Origin: Sulfuricurvum sp.
GTDB taxonomy: Bacteria; Campylobacterota; Campylobacteria; Campylobacterales; Sulfurimonadaceae
Reading direction: 5' to 3'
Assembly: GCA_024637295.1 (NCBI GenBank)
Contig: JAGXFL010000001.1
Coordinates: forward strand, 126,215 to 190,214
DNA length: 64,000 nucleotides
Each line of letters opens with the position of its first letter. Position 1 is the stretch's first letter. The position numbers and the translations under genes are program-made. Positions 26,139-35,692 of the stretch are shown here, in pieces. The notes below the pieces were generated by a model. The model saw only the letters and a program-made list of their open reading frames with translations, did no database searches and was not told the origin of the DNA.

Positions 26139-26678
26139 ATGAACAGCATCGCAATCATCGGAGTGGGTAATATCCTGTTTACAGATGATGGAATAGGGGT
26201 TTATGCAGCCAAATATCTGGAAAAAAACTACCGCTTTGAACCCGAAGTTGATATTATTGACGGTGGGACGCTGGGATTTAATCTCATGCGCTATTTTACC
26301 CATTACGATCAGGTCATACTGCTGGATACTCTGTCGATCGATGAGACGGTGGGATCGACCTATCATCTCCCCTCAGATGCTCTTCTGGGGTTTGGAGATA
26401 CGCGCAAGACGGTACATGAGGTCGAAGTGACACAAATGGTCGAGTTGGCATCCATGATGGATGCCAAGGCTCATATAAGTGTTCTTGGAATCATCCCCTC
26501 AGATATCCAAACAGTTGGCATGGATTTGAGTCCCGCAGTCAAAGAGAGCTTTGGAACATTAATACAAACTCTCTTGAAAATATTAGAAGAAGCAGGAATC
26601 ACCGTAACGGTAAATGATCATTTGGTTACACCCACTGAGATCATAGAATCGTATCGTGATCCAAAGGTCGGTAGATGA
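26139..26678 (+). CDS. Hydrogenase maturation endopeptidase (HyaD/HybD family)
   Basis: IIGVGNILFTDDGIGV, IDGGTLG, TVHEVEV. Confidence 0.93.
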   Translation: MNSIAIIGVGNILFTDDGIGVYAAKYLEKNYRFEPEVDIIDGGTLGFNLMRYFTHYDQVILLDTLSIDETVGSTYHLPSDALLGFGDTRKTVHEVEVTQMVELASMMDAKAHISVLGIIPSDIQTVGMDLSPAVKESFGTLIQTLLKILEEAGITVTVNDHLVTPTEIIESYRDPKVGR

Positions 26679-26686
26679 GGGGAAAG

Positions 26687-27238
26687 CTATTGGTTCATCA
26701 ATTCTTCACGTAATTTGAGTAATTCTTCACGATACCGTTTTCCATCCCCATAGGGGATGAATTTTGTATAATGTAGGTGGTGAGTTCGAAGTTTTCGTGC
26801 ATGACGAATCGGACACCAAAACTGCTCTGTTCGTGCTACTATTTCAGTCGCATAACCCAAAAGACCGTTAAAATAAGAGCAATAAAAGCAGTTTATCTTT
26901 TCGACAATATTTAAAAATTCCAAACTCGCACGGTCATAAACAAAATAGTTTTGGCGTGCAAGCGGAGCGATTTTGTAAACACGAAAATTGATCATTTGAT
27001 AGAGATACAAAAAAACTTCCAAAATAAAGGCAGGGATAATACCCGCATAGATGATAGGAGCAGTTAGTATATGAAGAAGCGGAGTGCGTGCAAAATAGTG
27101 AAGCAGACCCTCTTTGAATTTTTTTTGAGCAGTCAGTAAATCAGAGGAAAGCTTCTCTTCTTCTTGTTCGAACTCTTTTTTTAGGTTCTCTTCGAGAACA
27201 CGAATCGCGTCAAAGATTTCGTCGATTTTTGAGTTCAT
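26687..27238 (-). CDS. Conserved-looking hypothetical membrane protein with Cys/His motifs
   Basis: 183-aa ORF with one hydrophobic segment, KINCFYCSYFNG and EQFWCPIRH. Confidence 0.65.
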   Translation of the reverse strand: MNSKIDEIFDAIRVLEENLKKEFEQEEEKLSSDLLTAQKKFKEGLLHYFARTPLLHILTAPIIYAGIIPAFILEVFLYLYQMINFRVYKIAPLARQNYFVYDRASLEFLNIVEKINCFYCSYFNGLLGYATEIVARTEQFWCPIRHARKLRTHHLHYTKFIPYGDGKRYREELLKLREELMNQ

Positions 27239-27296
27239 GCAGCATCTTTGTGTAAGGGATGCATTATAGTATCTAGCTAACCTTCACATTACCAAA

Positions 27297-28322
27297 TTAT
27301 TGCCAAATCCCATGAAGTTTATAACCGCATGAAGGGCAACTGTTTTTATTGCGTAAATGATTGGTCACATATTGCCCGATATGTCCATGGCGATCTATTG
27401 CCAATGTATTACACTGGGGGCAATAGGTAGACTCTCTCGCTTCGTCATCAATATTTCCAACGTAGACGTATTTCAATCCGACTTCTTTTCCAATCTCATA
27501 GGCACGACGCAGTGTTTGGGGTGGAGTCCTAGCTACATCCAACATTTTATACATCGGGTGAAAGGCACTGATATGCCACGGCATGGCAGGGTCAAGATCT
27601 GCTTGAAACTGTGCGATGGCGCGCAATTCTTCATCTGAATCGTTGTATCCTGGAATAATGAGTGTCGTCGTCTCTATCCATATCCCCCTTTTATGGGCAT
27701 AGTCGATGGTGTCCAGCACCGGCTTGAGCGATCCTCCGCAGATGTTTTTGTAAAAGGACTGACTGTATCCTTTGATGTCAATATTCATCCCGTCCAAATA
27801 AGGGGCTATCGTATCGATGGCTTTGTGTGTCTCATAGCCGCTAGTGACGTAAATGTTTTTGAGACCTGCTTCATGGGCAAGTTTGGCAGTGTCATAGGTG
27901 TATTCAAAAAAGACGACAGGTTCATTGTAGGTGTATGCGATGCTTTGGCATCCATGCTCAAGAGCCAATTCAACAGCTCTTTGCGGTGGAAGCGGTTGGC
28001 CTGTTATTGCATGGTGATGTTCTTGGGGATATTGGGAGATATCGGCATTTTGACAAAACTTGCAGCTGAAATTACATCCGACAGTACCGAATGAAAAGAC
28101 TTTTGATCCCGGTAAAAAATGAAACATCGGTTTTTTTTCGACAGGATCGACATTAACAGCTGCGGCAAGTCCATACGTAAGTAAAAGAAGTTGACCATTT
28201 TCAACTTTACGAATACCACAGATACCGTATTCACCTTCATCCAGTTTGCAATGCTGATTGCATGCTTCGCATGCGATTCTTCCGTCTTCGAGCGTATGGG
28301 ATAGCCATGCTAAATGTGACAT
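27297..28322 (-). CDS. amrS: AmmeMemoRadiSam system radical SAM enzyme
   Basis: CEACNQHC...CGIR, VDPVEKKPMFHF, radical SAM GCNFSCKFCQN, AYTYNEP, PWHISAFHP, YVYVGN, CPQC...CPSC. Confidence 0.92.
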   Translation of the reverse strand: MSHLAWLSHTLEDGRIACEACNQHCKLDEGEYGICGIRKVENGQLLLLTYGLAAAVNVDPVEKKPMFHFLPGSKVFSFGTVGCNFSCKFCQNADISQYPQEHHHAITGQPLPPQRAVELALEHGCQSIAYTYNEPVVFFEYTYDTAKLAHEAGLKNIYVTSGYETHKAIDTIAPYLDGMNIDIKGYSQSFYKNICGGSLKPVLDTIDYAHKRGIWIETTTLIIPGYNDSDEELRAIAQFQADLDPAMPWHISAFHPMYKMLDVARTPPQTLRRAYEIGKEVGLKYVYVGNIDDEARESTYCPQCNTLAIDRHGHIGQYVTNHLRNKNSCPSCGYKLHGIWQ

Positions 28323-28348
28323 CGTAGTCCTTTATTATGCAGTTTGTT

Positions 28349-29149
28349 TCAATAAAACAACGCACTCATATATCCCACAACACGGGAGGTATCTCCGCTG
28401 GTATCGGCGCTCGTACGATAGTCCAAAACGGTACTATTAAGACCTTTGTCTTTTGCTACGTGTAACATCGCTTTGACACCTATCATTCCGCATGCCTCAC
28501 ATCCTTGGTCCAATGTATCGGTGTTTTCATCACGAACGGCTTCCAGGCAGATTGCATCAAGCCTATTTGCGTCTTCGAGTGAATGGTAGTGACTCAAATC
28601 GGTACTGATGACGACGGCGGTGTTCGGGAGGGTCAAGGCGTATTCGATGATGGGCTCTAAAGTCGATGGCTTGGCATATGCATAGACCAGTTCGATGACC
28701 TGTACTTCAGGGAGATAATGTTTGATAAACGGCATTTGAACTTCGGTACTGTGCTCATGGTGTGCTTGCTCAAAATAGGGGATTAAAAAACGGTGTTTCA
28801 AATCTTTGACTAAATCGAAATTAATTGCTAAATCACCCAAAGGTGTCTGATAATACTGCTTCTCAGCAATACTTGCTCCTTCAAAACCGACACGATGGGA
28901 TGGACCGATGACGATAACTGTTTTTGGTTTTGATTTGGCAAGAATCCTAAAGGCAATATTCGCCGTAAATCCAGAATAGATCCATCCGGCATGGGGGACG
29001 ATGACCACATTCCCGGACAACGCATCAAAGTGTTTGAGTACATCGGGATGAGAGTGTAAAATCGTATTATAATGATCGATCATCTCATGGATCTCATTGG
29101 CATCTGCGGGATAAAAGCTCCCCGCTACACTCATACTTCGATGGTTCAT
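28349..29149 (-). CDS. amrB: AmmeMemoRadiSam system protein B (MEMO1 family)
   Basis: VAGSFYP, VPHAGWIYSG, IGPSH, EHSTEVQMPF, STDLSHY, CEACG, VVGY. Start MNHR after AGGAGG. Confidence 0.92.
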   Translation of the reverse strand: MNHRSMSVAGSFYPADANEIHEMIDHYNTILHSHPDVLKHFDALSGNVVIVPHAGWIYSGFTANIAFRILAKSKPKTVIVIGPSHRVGFEGASIAEKQYYQTPLGDLAINFDLVKDLKHRFLIPYFEQAHHEHSTEVQMPFIKHYLPEVQVIELVYAYAKPSTLEPIIEYALTLPNTAVVISTDLSHYHSLEDANRLDAICLEAVRDENTDTLDQGCEACGMIGVKAMLHVAKDKGLNSTVLDYRTSADTSGDTSRVVGYMSALFY

Positions 29150-29234
29150 TGTGTCCTCCTGATAAGGGCTAGTCAACTCAATACTATGTAAAGTATATTA
29201 TTATACATCAATACTATCTCATCAAAGGAAGTTC

Positions 29235-29783
29235 ATGATGACCGATATACCCTATCTTGATATCGCAAGAGATGCTATTAGCTCTCAATTCAATGGGTCT
29301 GTAATGGACAAAGATGCCTATATAAATCACTACTCTGGATTGGAAGGTAAGAAAGCAACCTTTGTGACACTGACGTTACATGGACAATTACGAGGATGTA
29401 TCGGTTCACTGATCGCACATCGTCCACTTATTGATGATTTGATATCCAATGCACAGTCTGCGGCATTTCATGACCCGCGTTTCCCTCCATTAACACCTGC
29501 AGAATTTCAAAATATAACGATAGAGGTCTCATTATTGAGTGACCCTATTTTACTGGAGTACAGTGATAAAGCGGAGTTAGAATCTAAAATCCATGTTAAT
29601 GAAGACGGAGTTATCCTAAGACATGGCAACAATCAGGCAACCTTTTTACCGCAAGTCTGGGAAGAACTGACTGATTTTGAAAGTTTTTTTGCCCATTTAG
29701 GGATGAAAGCAGGGCTTGGTAACGACCCATTACACTATCATCCACAAATCTACACCTACCATGTTGAAAAAATAAAAAGTTGA
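29235..29783 (+). CDS. amrA: AmmeMemoRadiSam system protein A (AMMECR1 family)
   Basis: ATFVTL, LRGCIGS, AAFHDPRFPPL, IEVSLLS, ATFLPQVW. Confidence 0.93.
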   Translation: MMTDIPYLDIARDAISSQFNGSVMDKDAYINHYSGLEGKKATFVTLTLHGQLRGCIGSLIAHRPLIDDLISNAQSAAFHDPRFPPLTPAEFQNITIEVSLLSDPILLEYSDKAELESKIHVNEDGVILRHGNNQATFLPQVWEELTDFESFFAHLGMKAGLGNDPLHYHPQIYTYHVEKIKS

Positions 29784-29848
29784 ATCTGTTTTAATGCCTC
29801 TGATTTTTGACATCATAATATCGATTTAGGTACACTAAACAACTTTTT

Positions 29849-30733
29849 ATGTTGGATGTACAAATGAAACAAATGATGCAGATCTACCGAGCTAATAGAG
29901 AAGCGGTAGAGGGATTTTTATTAACGACGATCAGTGACCATCCACAGCAAAATATTGATGATGTACAGGCTCGGAATTTTTTCAAACGCCTTCCCTGTCT
30001 GAGTGATCTTTATGTTATCAATGCGCAAGGGGAACAAATTACTCCAACATGGCGGCGTAGCAGCGATGATGAATCGATGAGAGGGACAGATCGAGCCTAT
30101 TTTATAAACCGAATTCAGTTTGATGATCACGGAAACTATATTTCAAATCCATATATTTGCGCTAACAGTGGTCAACCAAAAGTTTCGATTGCTCATAAAT
30201 ATCAGGATGGAAAAATCGCCGTATTTGATCTTGATCTTGTTGCTGTATTGACTAAAATGCATCTGATTGACAGTGACCGGCTTATATCCAAACTTTCTGT
30301 CTGGGTTTACGCTTTATTAGGCAGCGGACTGGTTCTTTTGGCTTTGTTCTTGGGTGTCTACGGGTTGGTCGGGTTTGTAAAAGCAATCCTATCTTTTGGA
30401 GATGAGACACTTCATTATGTATTTAAATCGATCATTGGGATCACGCTGGCCATTGCGATTTATGATTTGGCAAAAACAGTACTGGAGCAGGAAGTGTTTT
30501 ATCGATCATTAACACTGGAAGAGGGGAATGAATATAAAACATTGACCAAGTTTCTGACTTCTATTATTATCGCTCTCTCAATCGAGTCTCTGATGGTGGT
30601 ATTTAAAGTAGCGATAAACGATATTCGCGAAATGAATTACGCTTTTTATCTTATCAGCGGAGTTGGTATCTTGATCCTTTCAATGGCAATACTCACTTTT
30701 GTAAGCCGCAAAAAACGTGAAGGTAAAGAGTGA
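29849..30733 (+). CDS. Cache/PDC-like sensor domain fused to a PsiE-like multi-TM domain
   Basis: DRAYFINR, ISNPYI, VFDLDL, then four TM helices with LAIAIYDLAKTVLEQEV and FLTSIIIALSIESLMVVFK. Confidence 0.65.
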   Translation: MLDVQMKQMMQIYRANREAVEGFLLTTISDHPQQNIDDVQARNFFKRLPCLSDLYVINAQGEQITPTWRRSSDDESMRGTDRAYFINRIQFDDHGNYISNPYICANSGQPKVSIAHKYQDGKIAVFDLDLVAVLTKMHLIDSDRLISKLSVWVYALLGSGLVLLALFLGVYGLVGFVKAILSFGDETLHYVFKSIIGITLAIAIYDLAKTVLEQEVFYRSLTLEEGNEYKTLTKFLTSIIIALSIESLMVVFKVAINDIREMNYAFYLISGVGILILSMAILTFVSRKKREGKE

Positions 30734-30770
30734 TTTGCTATTACACAACTTTGATCCTGCAGGAAACATT

Positions 30771-32819
30771 TTGACGAGTAGTTCTTTAATTCCTATTCTA
30801 TTGATAGCCTGTATGAGTATCACAGATATACATGCCGAAGAGATTATTTCACTAGAAAAGATTCAAGTCGAAGATCATATCAACATACTGGAAGAACGAC
30901 GTGATAATTCGATTGCCAAGCGGATTATCGGCGGTACTGAATTGACACAATACGGTGATCTCAATGCTCTGGAAATTCTCAAGCGTACTCCAGGGGTGAA
31001 CATCTCAGAGGGGAAAGGTAAAAAAGGGTCACCTGGTAAGGGATATACGGTGGTCATGATTGATGGAGAAGAGGCATCCACGGGGTCAAAAAGACGTGGA
31101 AATCCGTTGGAGCAAATAGCATCTGATATGATTGAGCGTATCGAGGTGATGAGCAACGGTTCAGCAGAATATACGGCAGAGTCTATGGGTGGTATTGTCA
31201 ATATAATCCTCAAAAAACCTAAAGCCAAAGGGCTGACAACAGCGAAGTTCACAGGCGGAATGTATGGCGGTGACGTACCTATGGAAACTGTTTTCCTACA
31301 GCGGGAGGGGAAATCGGGGAATGTGGCGTATCTTATCAATCTAAACGCAATGGACAATCGGCAAAAAGATACGTCGTCAACATTGAAAGTAGGTATTAGT
31401 AATGAATTACGGGAAGAGACTACACGTAATCAATCTTTGGGTGTAACGACAAAATTGATCTACACCACCTCATCCAAAGATAAATATACCTATGACGGCT
31501 CCATCACCAAGAATAATAGCAGTGCTAATACGGATTCAAGAGACTCTAATCGTTCCTTGACGAATTATGACAGATCCAAAGGGACGATGCTATGGTCTTC
31601 TATCAAAGGGGAACATCATCTCTCAGGAACCGAGCTAGTAGATTGGAAAATCAAGTTTCATGAAAACAGTGACACGGGGGATAGCGGTTCGCTGCAATTG
31701 CTTCCGACAGCGAATATGAGTCATCAAAATGATAAAAGTCTTTTTCGTGTGATGGGGGTTGAAGGAAGTTATTCGGTAGCCAAAGGGGACCATTTTATCA
31801 AAATGGGTGCGGAACTCAAAGGTCTGGATCAGCGTGATGAGGTGCATCGTGATGTGAATGGGACAGACGTTACAACGGTTACGGACAATGTTTCGATGCA
31901 CCAAACCAAAACTGCCGTGTATGTGCAAGATGAGATCACTATTGGAGAGTCCTTTATTGTGACTCCAGGGATACGATATGAAGCGGTTAAGCGAAACTAT
32001 GGATCAACGGGTCATATTGATTATCTGGCACCTTCACTGCATATGCTGGCACGTTTGACGCCAAATGATAATCTCAGAGCCAGTGTTGCTAAAACCGTCA
32101 AGCTCCCTCGTTTGGATGAACTCTCAACAAGTGTTGACAGCACTTTTGATCGTAATGATATTCATCATCCTGATTTGACAGGGAATGCTAATTTGACAGA
32201 AGAAAAGGCGCTCAGTTATGAGCTGCGTTTGGAACATTTCTTTGAGGATAAAGGGATAATCAGTCTTGGAAGTTTTTACCGCAGCATAGATGATAAGATC
32301 GAAAAGATGACGGTATTAGAAAGTGGACGTTATGTAATGCGTCCTTACAATTCGGGGCAGGGAAGTTTATGGGGCATTGAACTGGAACTCAAAAAATCGT
32401 TAAGTTCTTTTGTAGACGGTCTGGGAACTTTTGCCAATGCCACCATTCAAGACTCATCGATCACGAATACCGCAACAGGACTCAAGCGACCGATCAAGCA
32501 AACGAGTAACTATCTCTACAACATCGGAGTCGATCATACGTTACCATCGTATAAACTCACATATGGAACGGCTTATCGCTATGTCGGAGGATACGATGAT
32601 CCAACCGATGAAAATGGAATTGCTCAGAAGCAAAAGGGGTATGGAACGCTTGATATGTATGCCAATAAACGGCTTAATGATACGTTTAAATTACAGTTAA
32701 ACTGGAAAAATATCACCCATTCAACGATTGAGACGACGTCGTCTACATCCACGCAGACACAGATAAATCGTGACAACTCACATTCCTCCGTGCTGTTGAC
32801 GCTAGAGGGACGATGGTAG
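30771..32819 (+). CDS. TonB-dependent outer-membrane receptor
   Basis: Signal-like N-terminus. Plug motifs ILKRTPGV, VMIDG, IERIEVM...GGIVNIILK. Barrel motifs YVQDEI, TPGIRYE, NLTEEKA, aromatic C-terminal W. Probable TTG start at 30771 after AGGA (track start 30717). Confidence 0.85.
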   Translation: MTSSSLIPILLIACMSITDIHAEEIISLEKIQVEDHINILEERRDNSIAKRIIGGTELTQYGDLNALEILKRTPGVNISEGKGKKGSPGKGYTVVMIDGEEASTGSKRRGNPLEQIASDMIERIEVMSNGSAEYTAESMGGIVNIILKKPKAKGLTTAKFTGGMYGGDVPMETVFLQREGKSGNVAYLINLNAMDNRQKDTSSTLKVGISNELREETTRNQSLGVTTKLIYTTSSKDKYTYDGSITKNNSSANTDSRDSNRSLTNYDRSKGTMLWSSIKGEHHLSGTELVDWKIKFHENSDTGDSGSLQLLPTANMSHQNDKSLFRVMGVEGSYSVAKGDHFIKMGAELKGLDQRDEVHRDVNGTDVTTVTDNVSMHQTKTAVYVQDEITIGESFIVTPGIRYEAVKRNYGSTGHIDYLAPSLHMLARLTPNDNLRASVAKTVKLPRLDELSTSVDSTFDRNDIHHPDLTGNANLTEEKALSYELRLEHFFEDKGIISLGSFYRSIDDKIEKMTVLESGRYVMRPYNSGQGSLWGIELELKKSLSSFVDGLGTFANATIQDSSITNTATGLKRPIKQTSNYLYNIGVDHTLPSYKLTYGTAYRYVGGYDDPTDENGIAQKQKGYGTLDMYANKRLNDTFKLQLNWKNITHSTIETTSSTSTQTQINRDNSHSSVLLTLEGRW

Positions 32820-32821
32820 AT

Positions 32822-34060
32822 TTAGCGATTTGATTTTGCCGCTTGCTCTCGTAGCTTGTCCTTTTTACTTTTACCTTTTCCTTTTACGGGTTCGGGCCCT
32901 TTGACTTTGGCAGGAGTATTGCCTGTCAGTTCAAACCCCTCAATCTGCTCTCTGGGAAGTTTTATTTGTGAGCGTTTTTCGATGAGCTTAAAATGGTCCA
33001 TGTCTTCATGATCGATAAAAGAGACTGCAACCCCTGATTTTCCTGCTCTTCCCGTACGTCCTATGCGGTGTATGTAATCGGCAGGGGATCGTGGAAGGTC
33101 AAAATTGATGATACAGGTGATGTTGTCGATGTCCAGACCGCGTGCAGCGATATCGGTGGCGAAAAGAACACGGATTTTTTTAGCTTTGAAGGCATCGAGG
33201 GTATAGTTACGATCCTCTTGTACCAAATCCCCATGAAACGATTCGGCTAAGAAACCGTATTTTTTAAACTTCGCGGCGATATTGTCAGTGGCTCTCTTAT
33301 TGGCCATAAAGACGAGTACCTGTTCCCATTTTTCGGATTCTAAGAGATGTCGTAACAGAGGACCGCGATTGGCATGGTTCACTTCGATAACACGCTGATG
33401 GATTGTTTGAACCGTTGGTACATCAGACTCTATGGTCACTTGGATGGGATTTTGGGTGATTCGAGAAGCTATGGCTTCCATCTTTGGCGGATACGTTGCG
33501 GAAAACAAGAGATTTTGGCGCTTGTTGGGGATCTCTTTTAAAATCAGTTCGAGCTCTTCGGCAAAACCGAGATCGAGCATCTTGTCCGCTTCATCGAGGA
33601 CAAAAAATTCCAGATGAGATAAATTCATCTGTTTTTTGTTCAGCACATCGATCAGTCTTCCTGAAGTCGCCACAACAACATCGCACCCTTTTTGGATAGC
33701 AAAGAGCTGATCACCGATACTCTCTCCCCCGATGATGCTGACGACTTTTGGTTTTCTAGATAAAAAAGCGCCCATAGTTTCAAACGTCTGGGCTACTTGT
33801 AACGTCAGTTCTCGCGTTGGTGTCAGAACCAATGTTTTTATTTTGGATTTGCCTTCGCCCGTATTTTTAGACCAAAGTTCCAAAATCGGTAAAACAAAGC
33901 TCGCACTTTTACCGCTTCCGGTTTGTGCTCTTGCTATGAGGTCATGATGGGAGAGTACGAGGGGAATCACTTTGTTTTGAATTGGAGTTGGTTCTTTATA
34001 GCCACTTTTATGCAGTGCGCTAATTATTGGTATTGAGAGACCGAGTACTGAAAAGGACAT
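32822..34060 (-). CDS. DEAD-box RNA helicase
   Basis: AQTGSGKS, PTREL, LDEAD, SAT, TDIAARGLD, HRIGRTGRAG. Confidence 0.95.
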   Translation of the reverse strand: MSFSVLGLSIPIISALHKSGYKEPTPIQNKVIPLVLSHHDLIARAQTGSGKSASFVLPILELWSKNTGEGKSKIKTLVLTPTRELTLQVAQTFETMGAFLSRKPKVVSIIGGESIGDQLFAIQKGCDVVVATSGRLIDVLNKKQMNLSHLEFFVLDEADKMLDLGFAEELELILKEIPNKRQNLLFSATYPPKMEAIASRITQNPIQVTIESDVPTVQTIHQRVIEVNHANRGPLLRHLLESEKWEQVLVFMANKRATDNIAAKFKKYGFLAESFHGDLVQEDRNYTLDAFKAKKIRVLFATDIAARGLDIDNITCIINFDLPRSPADYIHRIGRTGRAGKSGVAVSFIDHEDMDHFKLIEKRSQIKLPREQIEGFELTGNTPAKVKGPEPVKGKGKSKKDKLREQAAKSNR

Positions 34061-34128
34061 AGTATATTTCCTCGAATTGATAAAAGTATTTTAGGATATT
34101 TGGGCTTTAGTAGAGGTCTGTATGTATA

Positions 34129-35505
34129 TTATTGTTCGTCTTCATCAAGAATACGCGTGAGTGTTTCTAGATACAAATGATTACTGCCTTGAAGCGGAAG
34201 AAGATATCTAATATTTATTTTTTTAACTTGTTCTAAAAAGCTAGCGCTGGCATTTTCAACCACGAGAACTATATTGGTATTTTGGATGATTCCGCTTATT
34301 CTGAGAGTTTTTAGTAATAGTTTTAAATCCGAGAGTTCATGATCTATAAAAATAAAATCTGGGATTTTCTTCATGACGGATTCGACTGCTTTATCATAAT
34401 GGAGTGTTGTCTCGATCTCGATATATTTATCAAGTGAACTCGCAATCGATTTTAGGCGTAAAGCATTTTCCACTTCCGCACTAAAATAGAGAAGAGATCG
34501 GCGATGTAGTGTTTCCAGATAGGGTACAAGTTCAGTTAATTCACGCTGATCGTCTGATAGTTTATCGTTGCTAAGCGACTGGAGGTAATACTTCAAATAG
34601 GTTAAACTCGAAAGTTTGCCTTTGACTGTAGATTCACGAAAATGTTCTTTAATAGGCTTGGAATCACGAGCTATTTTCCATAGTGAAGCGTCAAAAGTGT
34701 ATGCAACTTTGTTAAGTAAATCGGTTATTTTTTGATTATAAATTTTTGCTTGTGGAATATATTTTTGTGTAAAACTCTCTTCATTTTCATTGATGATCAT
34801 GTCAATGAACTGGACTAGCTGTTTATTTTCTTCTTCAAGTTCCCTCTTGCGATGGATCTCATCAGAGGCAATGCTTCTACCTTTTTTTATTCTCTGTTGG
34901 ATAATTGGGTAATTTGCTGATGTAGGAGGTGTAGTAGCCTCAAGATTTTTTAATTTTTCGATGGAAGTCTCTGCAATTTGTATATTACTGTTGTGTTTGG
35001 TAATTGCGAGCTTATTGGATTCGAGTTGCTTTTGTGCTTTTGTAAAGTCGTCATGACGGCTTAAAAAAAGATCATAAAATGCACGCTTGCTTTGTTTAGA
35101 GGTTTGTCGAAAAGAATCATAAACATCACTTAAGTCATTAATGTCTTTTAAAACATCACGTATGCGGGTTTTTTTAAGATCGAGATCCAGATCAACAAGT
35201 GTATTGTATGTCGTCATTAGAAAACGGCGTAATTTTACATAATCAATATTGCGTGAAACAGCATTATAATGCGAAAATTTTTGCAGTACATCATTGATAG
35301 AACTGAAATATTCATGGATGACACTTTCTGTCGTCATTAAAATATCGATAGAGTCTTCGTAGAGGTCATGAGACGGGGTATCTGTCGCTTCTTCATCACT
35401 CTCAATGACAATATCATAGGTGGTATCTGCACATTGAGAATCTGACGAATCAGTTTTATCTATACTGACTTGGTATGTAGCTTCATCTTCGTTGATTGCA
35501 GTCAT
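34129..35505 (-). CDS. Hypothetical coiled-coil protein with C-terminal receiver-like domain
   Basis: Acidic N-terminus, long helical middle, and a C-terminal ~120 aa with PDFIFIDHE and IVLVVEN in a REC-like pattern. Confidence 0.6.
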   Translation of the reverse strand: MTAINEDEATYQVSIDKTDSSDSQCADTTYDIVIESDEEATDTPSHDLYEDSIDILMTTESVIHEYFSSINDVLQKFSHYNAVSRNIDYVKLRRFLMTTYNTLVDLDLDLKKTRIRDVLKDINDLSDVYDSFRQTSKQSKRAFYDLFLSRHDDFTKAQKQLESNKLAITKHNSNIQIAETSIEKLKNLEATTPPTSANYPIIQQRIKKGRSIASDEIHRKRELEEENKQLVQFIDMIINENEESFTQKYIPQAKIYNQKITDLLNKVAYTFDASLWKIARDSKPIKEHFRESTVKGKLSSLTYLKYYLQSLSNDKLSDDQRELTELVPYLETLHRRSLLYFSAEVENALRLKSIASSLDKYIEIETTLHYDKAVESVMKKIPDFIFIDHELSDLKLLLKTLRISGIIQNTNIVLVVENASASFLEQVKKINIRYLLPLQGSNHLYLETLTRILDEDEQ

Positions 35506-35692
35506 TTTCGTCCAAAAAAATACTAATAGTTTAAGATATTTTAGCGAGATTAGTTTAAAAGTAACATTAGTTAACGATTGATCGGAATTGGTAACATCAG
35601 CGAAATTGAGATAAAAGAAGTTATTGGATACATCTCACATGTTGTACAATTTCTTCACAATCTGATTTTAGTATTGTAAAAAAGGATTTAAG

